Virus record (IMG/VR): IMGVR_UViG_3300035698_020241
Location: 62,241 to 126,240 of that record
Strand: one strand, 5' to 3'
Length of the DNA: 64,000 nt
Source: a virus
The stretch's first letter is position 1. Each line of letters begins with the position of its first letter. The translations under genes and the position numbers were made by a program. This document shows, piece by piece, positions 35,194 through 44,139 of the stretch. Below the pieces are notes generated by a model. The model was given only the letters and a program-made list of their open reading frames with translations. It was not told where the DNA came from and ran no database searches.

Positions 35194-35793
35194 ATGTCAA
35201 TCGTTTATGAAAGACAAGATTTAATTGAAGGTATAGATAAAAAGCAAACCATAACTGTAGTTGGTTGTGGTGGTATTGGATACTGGGTAGCAAAGTTGGC
35301 AGCAATGAGTGGAATTGAAAAGATGTATATCTTTGACGATGATATACTTGAAGAAGGTAATCTTAACAGGCTTGATGTGCCGGATAAATTTGTAGGTAAA
35401 AACAAGGCAGATGTGGTGAAGATTGTTATAAACACACTTCGTCCTGAATGTACTGTTTATGCTTTTCCTTATCGTCTTACTGAAAACCATATGATAGATG
35501 GTTCATTTCTGGTTGATTGTACGGATGAAATCCAATCTCAAATAGACAATCAAAAAATTGCTCGTAAAAAAGGAATGACCTATTTGAAGGCTGGATATAA
35601 TGGGGAGGATTTCTCCATACATAACTCTGTTGCAGAATGGGGTGAAGCACCTGATGGTTATACAAAAACTCCATCGTGGGTTGTTCCAGCATCTATAATT
35701 GCAGCACTTACCGTTGCAAAAATCATGAAGTATAAAAAACTTGAGGTAATATCAAATATAAGAGGACTCTTTGATGCACAAAGACATTCTTAA
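35194..35793 (+). CDS. E1/ThiF-family adenylating enzyme
   Basis: VVGCGGIG, FDDDILEEGNLNR, GKNKA, VDCTD. Confidence 0.92.
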   Translation: MSIVYERQDLIEGIDKKQTITVVGCGGIGYWVAKLAAMSGIEKMYIFDDDILEEGNLNRLDVPDKFVGKNKADVVKIVINTLRPECTVYAFPYRLTENHMIDGSFLVDCTDEIQSQIDNQKIARKKGMTYLKAGYNGEDFSIHNSVAEWGEAPDGYTKTPSWVVPASIIAALTVAKIMKYKKLEVISNIRGLFDAQRHS

Positions 35794-35813
35794 ATTGGAA
35801 GAGATTAAATAAT

Positions 35814-37256
35814 ATGAGTAAAGCGAGTAGAAAAAAGAGAAAGAAAAACAGGAAAAATAAACAACGATTTAATAGAAAGGGTCAGAATATGGTAGTACAT
35901 GCAGATAGTAATATATTTAATAGTAATGTAGCCGATGAATGGGAAGTTGAATTGGACATGGTAAAAGAATGTGATAAAGCTCCGAAAAAATTAGTAGTGT
36001 GGATATTACCTGAAGCAAAAGTAAAGGTTGACGCTTTGATGGAAAAATATCCAAATATTGAGTGGCTTGCATATTTACTTGGAGAGAATCAAACTATTAC
36101 AGATATATGGATTCCTGGACAGGAAATAACAGCAACAAGCGTTGATAATATTGTATGTCCTGAATTCAACGATCTTAATACAATAGGTGTTATACATTCA
36201 CATCATGGCATGGGAAACGGGTTCTCAGGTACAGATCATGAATGGATAAACCAAAACCATAATATATCTCTTTGTATAGCAAAAAACGGTATAGCAGGAC
36301 AAGTAAGATGGAGTACACCTTGTGGATCAATGAAGATAATTGAATGTACAGTACAACTTAAACTTGATGTTAAATTTGACAAGGGTGAGTTCTTAAAAAT
36401 GTCTGAACATAACATTAAAAGAAAAGTAGTACAAGTTACTCCTAATGCATATAATGGTTATGGTTATAATTTTAATCATCCTGGTCAGCAAAGTAAAGGT
36501 ACTGATAAGGACCCATTCCCTGGATCATGTTTATCAAAACATGCAGGAGAAACAAATGAAAAAACCTTAATTGATGAGTTGTCCGAACTTGATGGTAATA
36601 CAGTTGAAGAATGTGGAGATTGTATATATTTCCTTGAAACCTCTGATCAATGTCAAAGAAGTTGGCAAAATGTTACATTACATGGAACTATTTGTGATGA
36701 GTTTGATCCTGGTGATGTAGTGCCTACATGTGGATTATGTAAAGCATATAATGCTGATACACCAACACCTGATACAGGTAAATGTACAGACCCCGATGTA
36801 AGTTTTGATGATGTTACATTTGACGAAGCTGTTTGTATAAATTTTAAGGAAGTTGAGAAGGAAGTTGAGAAGGAAGTTGAGAAGGAAGTTGAGAAGGAAG
36901 TTGAGAAGGAAGTTGATATTGAAAAATGTTGTTTTAATTGTCACCATTTCGTACCAACAAATCATAATGTGGGAAAATGTGGTAATGAGAATACACATTT
37001 TGGAATCGTTGGTTACGGACAAAAATGTGAACAACATAAGGAAAAAGCTGTTGAGCCTGTAAAGAGAGAACAAAATATAGTTGTAAACAAAGGACAGATT
37101 GTTTTTTGTAAAAACTGTAATTCGTTTGAACCAACATCTTATGTTGAAGGAAAATGTTCAAATAATAAGATACTTTCAGATACAGTGTCAAATGTTTCCA
37201 ACTGTAGAGAATTTGTATTACGAGATCCTGTAAAGACAAAGGATATTACAAAATAA
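35814..37256 (+). CDS. JAB/JAMM metalloprotease (DUB-like) with Cys-rich C-terminal repeats
   Basis: E(WLAYL)...IHSHHGMGNGFSGTD = E-HxH-x7-S-xx-D; about five CxxC...C...C modules. Confidence 0.88.
   Translation: MSKASRKKRKKNRKNKQRFNRKGQNMVVHADSNIFNSNVADEWEVELDMVKECDKAPKKLVVWILPEAKVKVDALMEKYPNIEWLAYLLGENQTITDIWIPGQEITATSVDNIVCPEFNDLNTIGVIHSHHGMGNGFSGTDHEWINQNHNISLCIAKNGIAGQVRWSTPCGSMKIIECTVQLKLDVKFDKGEFLKMSEHNIKRKVVQVTPNAYNGYGYNFNHPGQQSKGTDKDPFPGSCLSKHAGETNEKTLIDELSELDGNTVEECGDCIYFLETSDQCQRSWQNVTLHGTICDEFDPGDVVPTCGLCKAYNADTPTPDTGKCTDPDVSFDDVTFDEAVCINFKEVEKEVEKEVEKEVEKEVEKEVDIEKCCFNCHHFVPTNHNVGKCGNENTHFGIVGYGQKCEQHKEKAVEPVKREQNIVVNKGQIVFCKNCNSFEPTSYVEGKCSNNKILSDTVSNVSNCREFVLRDPVKTKDITK
36846..36917 (+). 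repeat. 12-bp tandem repeat x6 (KEVE)
   Basis: AAGGAAGTTGAG x5 plus AAGGAAGTTGAT. Confidence 0.95.
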
Positions 37257-37283
37257 GAAAAATTGACCGATTGTAAATGACCG

Positions 37284-37291
37284 TATAAATA
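37284..37291 (+). promoter_or_regulatory. T4-type late promoter TATAAATA
   Basis: Exact T4 late consensus upstream of a structured non-coding segment. Confidence 0.5.
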
Positions 37292-37313
37292 ATAGAAGTA
37301 TAATAGGAATAAT

Positions 37314-37433
37314 GTTGTGGATCGTAGTTTGGAGTATTTTAAATCCGTATATTTCCTTAGGGCCATCGTCCAGGTCGGAACGCTTTTGCGATACCAAGGA
37401 AGGATAGGAAAATTCTAGATGAAAGTCCACAAC
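37314..37433 (+). ncRNA. Candidate small structured RNA
   Basis: GTTGTGGA/TCCACAAC closing stem; inner TTCCTT(A)GG/CCAAGGAA. Confidence 0.45.
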
Positions 37434-37652
37434 TTTATATATAATTTCAAGGTCTCGGGGTGTAAATGACCTAAGGTTTGGGAAATTAAAGAATAGATGA
37501 TATATACATGAATCATTAAGTTATCTTTTAGGCGCCTTAATGTAAAAGATTGTTATTGACAATAAGGTATGTTATGATTTATTAAAAATTTATATCCATT
37601 AACCGAAAACCCTTTCTCAAAAAACAACGGCTAAAGCGTAGCCTTAACAAGA

Positions 37653-37674
37653 GCCGGGCAGAAATGTCCGGCTT
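37653..37674. terminator. Terminator between convergent units
   Basis: AGCCGGGCA-GAAA-TGTCCGGCT hairpin followed by Ts. Confidence 0.7.
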
Positions 37675-38319
37675 TTATATTGCTCTAATGTATTTGTATA
37701 ATTTTTTAATGAATTTTTTATATGTTGGATGGTTTGTTTCAAAAGAATCTTGATAATCTTTCATTATGTTTGATTCTCCACGATCTAATAACTCTATAGC
37801 AGCACCTTGAGCAAAAGCGTCCAGTTCCATAGGATCCGAAAGGTAAATGTCCTTATCAGCATTAGGATCAAATTCATCTGGACCAAAAGATTTTCCTCTG
37901 GAAACTATATTTTGAGTAACATGTATTAATTCATGTGCCAATATAGTTGTTAATTCTTTAAAGAATTCATTATTTTGTATTTTAAAAAAATTTTCTCTTT
38001 TACCAGGTTTAGTAAATCGTCTGAAATAAGAACTTGATCCTTGTTTAACTTTTATAACTATTGGAAGATGAGGATTATCAAATGTAAATGCTGATGTTAT
38101 ATGTCTTCCTAATGATAACGCTCCTCTTTTATCAAATGAAAAATATAAATTATCATTTTTGAAAGCCGCATTGAGTGTCTTTATTAATGCTGTATCGGAA
38201 ATCTGCCAACCATTTTTTTCAAACACTCTACCTATCTCACCAAGGCGTTTATTCACCATTCTTATTGCGTTTTTTATAGTTGGTTTTGTTATCTCGTTTA
38301 TATATTGTTTAAATCTCAT
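37675..38319 (-). CDS. Zincin metallopeptidase-like head-tagged protein 1
   Basis: MRFKQYINE start; LAHELIH...PMELDAFA. Confidence 0.75.
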   Translation of the reverse strand: MRFKQYINEITKPTIKNAIRMVNKRLGEIGRVFEKNGWQISDTALIKTLNAAFKNDNLYFSFDKRGALSLGRHITSAFTFDNPHLPIVIKVKQGSSSYFRRFTKPGKRENFFKIQNNEFFKELTTILAHELIHVTQNIVSRGKSFGPDEFDPNADKDIYLSDPMELDAFAQGAAIELLDRGESNIMKDYQDSFETNHPTYKKFIKKLYKYIRAI

Positions 38320-38963
38320 TTCAATTTCTCCACATACTTTATTACTTTCTTTATAAATCTATTCTTTGCTTTCATATCTTTAACTAAGGTGAACGCATTT
38401 AAAAGATTATCAAATGTTTTTGATACTCCAAATCTTTTCATTTCTACGGCTGCCATTTGTGCAAATGCTTCCATTTCTACTGGATCTTTAAGATAGTTTA
38501 TAAATTCATACTTAGATGATTCTGGTGACATTTCAAATGATTTACCTTTAGATGCTTTAAATTGTCTTTTGTGTAATAATTCATGTGATATGGCATCCAA
38601 AAGATTTCTGAAAAACTCATTTTTATCTATATCATAAAATATTTGTTGTCTTTTAGGCTTAGCAAATTGTTTAAATGCTTTACCTACACCAGGAGATACT
38701 ATAATCATTATTAATAAACCTTCAGCGGCTATATTACCACCTTCAATATATTTACTATGCCTATCTTTACCTTTACCCAAAATGAACAGTATACCATCTT
38801 TCTTGAACATACTGGTCAACATAGATACTATAGCATTATCATTCATTATCCAATTATTTTTATTAAGTATACGAAACATTTCAGCCATATGACTTTCTAT
38901 CATCTTCTTAGTTTTACTAACAGTTGGTTTTGTTATCTCATTTATATATTGTTTAAACCTCAT
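38316..38963 (-). CDS. Zincin metallopeptidase-like head-tagged protein 2
   Basis: MRFKQYINE start; ISHELLH...PVEMEAFA. Confidence 0.75.
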   Translation of the reverse strand: MRFKQYINEITKPTVSKTKKMIESHMAEMFRILNKNNWIMNDNAIVSMLTSMFKKDGILFILGKGKDRHSKYIEGGNIAAEGLLIMIIVSPGVGKAFKQFAKPKRQQIFYDIDKNEFFRNLLDAISHELLHKRQFKASKGKSFEMSPESSKYEFINYLKDPVEMEAFAQMAAVEMKRFGVSKTFDNLLNAFTLVKDMKAKNRFIKKVIKYVEKLK

Positions 38964-38965
38964 TA

Positions 38966-39634
38966 TTAATCCTTTTTAGCATATTTGAAAAAATTAGATA
39001 TTCTTTTCTTAACAACTCTATCATGGCTTGAGTATTGGTAAAGTTTTTTTATGAAGACCTTTCTCATTTTTTGATTGCCTTTCAATATTTTAAGGACTTC
39101 CCTTAATCTATTATACTTACCATTCTTTAAATCTAGATATATAGTATGAGCCCAAGCCTCTGTTTCGTTTGGATCGGAGAAATATCTAATATTTAATAAC
39201 CAGTCTGGAGCATCTGGGTCGTCTTCTGTTCCTTTCTCTTTTTTATCATCATCATCAGGAAATTTTTCCCATTGTTTTCTATGTATCAACTCATGAGAGA
39301 TTATATCAGTCAAATCTTTAATAAAAACTCTTATACTAAACTTCTTATCCAACATCTTTGATGTTAATACTATTTCAATTTCATCTTGAAGTGATTGTCC
39401 AAAGCATACATATGTTGAATACGGCACAACGCATTCCTTATCTTTTCCGGTATGTGTGAATCCTATTTTATCATTTTTAAATATATTATACAAAGCTTTT
39501 GTTACTTGATCCATATCCTTTGCTTGTCTTATAGCTTTGGACATTTTACCTTTTTTCTGGCTCAACATATTCTTTACATGTTTAAGTGGTGATCCTGTTA
39601 TTTCAGTTATAACATATGTTTCAAGTCTACTCAT
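38966..39634 (-). CDS. Zincin metallopeptidase-like protein 3
   Basis: ISHELIH...PNETEAWA. Confidence 0.75.
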   Translation of the reverse strand: MSRLETYVITEITGSPLKHVKNMLSQKKGKMSKAIRQAKDMDQVTKALYNIFKNDKIGFTHTGKDKECVVPYSTYVCFGQSLQDEIEIVLTSKMLDKKFSIRVFIKDLTDIISHELIHRKQWEKFPDDDDKKEKGTEDDPDAPDWLLNIRYFSDPNETEAWAHTIYLDLKNGKYNRLREVLKILKGNQKMRKVFIKKLYQYSSHDRVVKKRISNFFKYAKKD

Positions 39635-39663
39635 TATTAATCCCTTTTATATTTTACTATTGA

Positions 39664-39710
39664 TATTTATACAAAAAATCACTACTTAAACTATTTACAA
39701 AGCATAAATA
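39664..39710. promoter_or_regulatory. Divergent T4-type late promoters
   Basis: TATAAATA on - (39664-39671) and CATAAATA on + (39703-39710). Confidence 0.55.
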
Positions 39711-39713
39711 ATA

Positions 39714-40340
39714 ATGTATAATAGGAGTGAATGTATAGGAGGATTGATGAACTTTTCATTAAAAGATATACTTAATAGTTTCAATAAAGTCACAGAAAAG
39801 GAAAACGAATTTACAATAGAAATACCAACTATAATTCCTATAGTTGATGAAAATTTAAGAGACCTGGATTCTAAAATACCAGGAGCTCCAAATTTTAGGT
39901 ATAAAGAAGTTGTAAAATCAGATACGGCCTTGAGACTTGGTATTGAAAATATTCCCAACGAGAAGCAATGGCAGTGTATAGAAAAGACCGCTAAACTTAT
40001 AGTCCAACCTGTTAGAGAGAAATTCGGAGGTATCAAGATAACATCTGGATTTAGAAGTGTTCAATTATGTATTGAAATAGGTAGTTCCCGCACATCAAAC
40101 CACACCAGAGGCCAAGCAATAGATTTTGAGCCTGTAAACCCTAAAATAAAACTGTTTGATATATTAGAATGGATTCACAATAACTTGAAATATAGGGAGC
40201 TTATAGCGGAATTCCTACCCTCAGGGTGGATACATTGTGCCTATAGAGAAGGAGACAATAGTAGAATTTTGAAATTGAAAGATAATAACCATCATTATAA
40301 GAGGGTTAACTTGGAGTATATAAGAAAAATATACGGATAA
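39714..40340 (+). CDS. Peptidase M15A-family endolysin
   Basis: ITSGFRS...SNHTRGQAIDF...WIHCAY. Confidence 0.85.
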   Translation: MYNRSECIGGLMNFSLKDILNSFNKVTEKENEFTIEIPTIIPIVDENLRDLDSKIPGAPNFRYKEVVKSDTALRLGIENIPNEKQWQCIEKTAKLIVQPVREKFGGIKITSGFRSVQLCIEIGSSRTSNHTRGQAIDFEPVNPKIKLFDILEWIHNNLKYRELIAEFLPSGWIHCAYREGDNSRILKLKDNNHHYKRVNLEYIRKIYG

Positions 40341-40356
40341 TATAAGGGAGGACGTA

Positions 40357-40599
40357 ATGGATAAGAAATTTAAAGATGCGGCAAAGAAAAAGTTTATAGA
40401 GAATATACTTAGTGTTAAGGTATGGGTAATTTTTATTTTACTAATCATATCAACATTAGCATTGTTTCATGGAATGTTAGCAGGAGATGTATGGGCTGGT
40501 CTAAACGGCGGTGTTATTTCAACCGTGTTTGCACTAAGAGAAGGATTTAAAGTTGCTAAGGTAAGATCAGAAGATGATACCGAAAATATGATGCCATAA
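40357..40599 (+). CDS. Holin-like small membrane protein
   Basis: Two hydrophobic helices; follows the endolysin. Confidence 0.55.
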   Translation: MDKKFKDAAKKKFIENILSVKVWVIFILLIISTLALFHGMLAGDVWAGLNGGVISTVFALREGFKVAKVRSEDDTENMMP

Positions 40600-40603
40600 G
40601 GAG

Positions 40604-40954
40604 GTGGATGTTATGATGAATACAGGAGTAATGATATTTCTTAGTTGTGGAGGCTTGGCTGGTCTTGCTTTTCTATTTACCAAATTTATGGGTAAAGGAA
40701 AAAAGTCAGATATAATGTCTGCTGTACATAAAGTCAATCAAAAGAACACACTAAATGAAATCAATGAGATTAATAAGAAACAAAACGTAGTGAAGGTAGA
40801 AATAAAGAAGGGTGAAAAGGTGGCCGAAGAAACAAAAACCAGAATCAAAAAGATTCAAAATAAGGCCGCTGAGGATATAAAAGAAGTGTTGAGTGAAGAT
40901 AAAGCGGTTGCTGATACACTGAACGATTTTAACGATGGTATGGAGGACTGGTAA
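40604..40954 (+). CDS. Inner-membrane spanin-like protein
   Basis: N-terminal TM segment plus coiled coil. Confidence 0.5.
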   Translation: MDVMMNTGVMIFLSCGGLAGLAFLFTKFMGKGKKSDIMSAVHKVNQKNTLNEINEINKKQNVVKVEIKKGEKVAEETKTRIKKIQNKAAEDIKEVLSEDKAVADTLNDFNDGMEDW

Positions 40955-41474
40955 GATGAAAAAATATGTAATAATGTTTATGATGATGTTGATAATGTTA
41001 ACAGGTTGCTATTCTGGTAAAGCATTCAAACCAGCAGGAGTAGATGTATATAATCCAAAGGCTCTAACAGAGTATGTTTATGACTTCTCAAAAGATGAGA
41101 AACCTCAAAAACTTATACCAATTTTCTTAGATGCTAATTTTGAAGAATGTACTGCGAATGAAGCAAGATATTTAGCTTTTGATGGTAAAGAGTTTAGCAA
41201 GATCAAACATCTACAAAAAATTGCTAAATACTATAAGGATCAAGTTGGTGAACATGTGGTTCTTATAAACAATTATATAAAGATCGCAAACTCCGAAAGA
41301 GAATATACAAAACTTGAAAATCAAAAACTTATTAAGTATCGTGAATTATGGATACAATCAGAAGAAGCATATAGACAAGAAAAATGGTGGCATAAAATTG
41401 ATAACTGGGTTAATAGAATATCAAGTTGTATAATGGGTGCCGGACTTGTTTATGTAGTTGTAATAGCTTTATAG
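40935..41474 (+). CDS. Lipoprotein (outer-membrane spanin-like)
   Basis: Signal peptide with lipobox LTGC; follows the i-spanin candidate. Confidence 0.55.
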   Translation: MVWRTGKMKKYVIMFMMMLIMLTGCYSGKAFKPAGVDVYNPKALTEYVYDFSKDEKPQKLIPIFLDANFEECTANEARYLAFDGKEFSKIKHLQKIAKYYKDQVGEHVVLINNYIKIANSEREYTKLENQKLIKYRELWIQSEEAYRQEKWWHKIDNWVNRISSCIMGAGLVYVVVIAL

Positions 41475-41481
41475 GAGAAAT

Positions 41482-41826
41482 ATGGAACAACAAATAATGA
41501 CAATTCTTACCGCTGTAACACCTGCTATGTATTGGATGTTCGCCAAAGTTGTTGTGGCGTTCTTTTTAGTAAAAATATTAAATGATATTCTAACTAATGG
41601 CACAGCATGGTTTATGTTCAAGAGTAATAAGAAATTAAGTCCTGGTGTTAAAGTACAAGTAAATGGAGATATAGGAATTATAACAGATTATGATTGGAAT
41701 TTTATTCATATAGATACTGAAAATGGTGATGAAATGTTAGTTCCTATAGCAAGATGGAAAATTCTAACATGGAAAGTAAAAAATCTTAAAAAGGAACTAT
41801 ACAGAGGGAATAAAGATGAAATTTAG
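41482..41826 (+). CDS. MscS beta-domain-like membrane protein
   Basis: TM helix then PGVKVQVNGDIGIITDYDW..IHI.TENG..MLVP. Confidence 0.55.
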   Translation: MEQQIMTILTAVTPAMYWMFAKVVVAFFLVKILNDILTNGTAWFMFKSNKKLSPGVKVQVNGDIGIITDYDWNFIHIDTENGDEMLVPIARWKILTWKVKNLKKELYRGNKDEI

Positions 41827-42109
41827 AAAATATATAAGTGAAGAAAGTCCTTCTAAGATGGTATCAATAAAGGATATTATTAAAAAGGTTAAATCACATA
41901 AAGGGAAATTTATTGCATATGCCGCTGGTTTTGGAATGTTTAATGGAAATGGTGAAATGCCGATAGATAAAAAAAGATTACTAAAAAGATTAGAAAGTAG
42001 TAATAAGAGTTCATTTTTAGAACTACATATTAATGGTAAAATATTAAGAATAGGATATGCTTTATCGTTCTTAAATAGTAAAAATTTTGATAAGTTCTTT
42101 CCTAAATAA
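41816..42109 (+). CDS. Head-tagged hypothetical protein
   Basis: MKFRKYISE start. Confidence 0.65.
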   Translation: MKFRKYISEESPSKMVSIKDIIKKVKSHKGKFIAYAAGFGMFNGNGEMPIDKKRLLKRLESSNKSSFLELHINGKILRIGYALSFLNSKNFDKFFPK

Positions 42110-42126
42110 TAAATCAGAGGTATAAT

Positions 42127-42594
42127 ATGAAATTTGGAAAATATATGAACATCTGTGAAAGTAGTAAAGAATTCATAATGGATGTTTTAACAATAGATGA
42201 TCCTATTAATAAGGATTATATTGAGGATGAAGATAATAAAAAAGAGGCTGAAAAGAATCTAAGAGAATTAAGGAAAGCTATAAGATTTCAAAAGAAAGAT
42301 ATTAAGTCTTGGGAAATGAAACGATTCTCGGAAGATAATGTTGAAGCCGCTGAGGCAATTCTTGATGATCTTCAAGTATCCTTAAAGAAATGGGAGGAAT
42401 CATTAGTGGCTCCTCCACCTGAACCAGTTAAAGAACCTGACGAAGAACCTAAACCAGAACAACCTATTCCTGGTGAAGAACCAAAGGATAAACCCGAAGA
42501 AAAACCAAAAGATAAAGAAGATAAACCAAAAGATGATGGTAAACCGGAAGAGGAAGAGGAAGAAAGAGGAGCAGGACTAGTAAATGAAATTTAG
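42127..42594 (+). CDS. Head-tagged acidic, Pro-rich protein
   Basis: MKFGKYMNICE start; PEEKPKD repeats. Confidence 0.7.
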   Translation: MKFGKYMNICESSKEFIMDVLTIDDPINKDYIEDEDNKKEAEKNLRELRKAIRFQKKDIKSWEMKRFSEDNVEAAEAILDDLQVSLKKWEESLVAPPPEPVKEPDEEPKPEQPIPGEEPKDKPEEKPKDKEDKPKDDGKPEEEEEERGAGLVNEI

Positions 42595-43432
42595 TGATTA
42601 CATAGTTGAAAAGGATACAGAAAATCCTTTTTTGAATTCATGGTCTAAAATAAAAAAAGATTGTGGTCCGTTTCTCAAAGAGTTAAAGAGTTTAGGACTT
42701 AAAAAAGGATCTTTATTTTATAGAGGATCACAGACAAGTGTTGCTCACATTAAAAAAGTAGTTCCTAGAAAAGGTAGAAAACCTAAAGATACCCCAATAG
42801 AGATACACAAAATACTTGATGATGCCTTTAATAAAAAGTTTGGATGGCGTGCAAGAAGTAATGGTGTATTTGCTGTTTCTGATTATATGGACGCAAGTTC
42901 ATATGGACGCGCATATGTCTTCTTTCCTATAGGAAAATACAAATATGTATGGTCACCAAGAGTTGAAGATTTATATACCAAAGTTAGGGATGAAATAGGA
43001 TTTTCTTTAGATTCTGATAATAGAGAAGTTTGGGATGATTTATATGGACCAAATAATGCCAAAGATGGCGGTACATGGGTATATGATGGTAAAATACTAC
43101 ATTACTCTAACTTTTTTGATCATGCCAGGGATCTTGTAATTGAAGATATATTAAAAGGTGATGAAAGTAAATTTGATGAAGATTTGATGAAGTGGAAACC
43201 AGAGAAAAAATTTAAAGAATGGGTAAAAACGGCAAAGAATGATGAAATGAATGAGATAAAAGATGATATAGAAAAATTGATGCATTTTTATATTACCGAT
43301 AATATGAAAAAAGCCATAACAACACAATATGAAGTAATGTTTTCATGTGCATCCTACTATCTTGTACCTGCTACATGGAGATTTTTACTTGAAGACGCTG
43401 TATATAAAAACAAATTACCTAATATAGGATAA
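42584..43432 (+). CDS. Head-tagged protein, possible ADP-ribosyltransferase fold; paralog of 44855-45517
   Basis: MKFSDYIVE start; FYRG...GVFAVS...YEVMF (R-S-E-like). Confidence 0.55.
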   Translation: MKFSDYIVEKDTENPFLNSWSKIKKDCGPFLKELKSLGLKKGSLFYRGSQTSVAHIKKVVPRKGRKPKDTPIEIHKILDDAFNKKFGWRARSNGVFAVSDYMDASSYGRAYVFFPIGKYKYVWSPRVEDLYTKVRDEIGFSLDSDNREVWDDLYGPNNAKDGGTWVYDGKILHYSNFFDHARDLVIEDILKGDESKFDEDLMKWKPEKKFKEWVKTAKNDEMNEIKDDIEKLMHFYITDNMKKAITTQYEVMFSCASYYLVPATWRFLLEDAVYKNKLPNIG

Positions 43433-43434
43433 TA

Positions 43435-44139
43435 ATGAGACTTAAACAATATATAAATGAAGGTATAGAAGATAAAGGAATACTAAAGGCTGTATTTATA
43501 GTAGGCCATCCTGGTAGTGGCAAGAGTTATGTGTTATCAAAAATTAAATCAGGACAAATAGAACCAAGAGTTGTAAATACGGATAAGGTTTTTCCTTTAT
43601 ACTCTAAAGATGAATGGGATAAATGGGTAGATATAAAAACCAAAGTAAAAACAATTAATAAAAATCAGTTAGCAAATTATATAAATTCTATGTTACCATT
43701 GGCTGTTGATGGTACAGGCACAGAACCAAGTGTTATATTAAGAAGAGTTGGTATACTTGAATCATTTGGATATGATGTTGGAATGGTATTTATTAACACT
43801 TCTCTTGAAACCGCACTTGAAAGGGCTGGAAAAAGAGATAGACCTGTAGATCCAGACTTTATCAAAAGAGTATATAAAAGAATACAAGATGCAAAACAAT
43901 TCTATCGTAGTAAATTTAGTGATTGGCAGGAGATACAAAATGATAAAGGAGAACTTACAGAAAAGGTAATTATTGATGCTTTTAAACATATGACATCATT
44001 CTATAATTCTCCAATGGTAAATCCTGTTGGTAAAGAGATTATACAAAAGATGAAAGAAAATAAGTGGAAATATTTAAGTCCTAATATAAAGGATATAAAA
44101 GAAATACAGAATATGATGAGTGCATGGTATAGAATGTAA
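43435..44139 (+). CDS. Head-tagged P-loop kinase (zeta-toxin/AAA_33-like)
   Basis: MRLKQYINE start; GHPGSGKS; VDGTG; GMVFINTSLETALER. Confidence 0.8.
   Translation: MRLKQYINEGIEDKGILKAVFIVGHPGSGKSYVLSKIKSGQIEPRVVNTDKVFPLYSKDEWDKWVDIKTKVKTINKNQLANYINSMLPLAVDGTGTEPSVILRRVGILESFGYDVGMVFINTSLETALERAGKRDRPVDPDFIKRVYKRIQDAKQFYRSKFSDWQEIQNDKGELTEKVIIDAFKHMTSFYNSPMVNPVGKEIIQKMKENKWKYLSPNIKDIKEIQNMMSAWYRM

Noticed and set aside
33911-35793. Thiamine or molybdopterin biosynthesis (ThiS/ThiF) reading of the Ubl and E1 genes
   Set aside because: No thiG, moaE, rhodanese or cysteine desulfurase nearby; JAB and E2-like neighbours fit protein conjugation better
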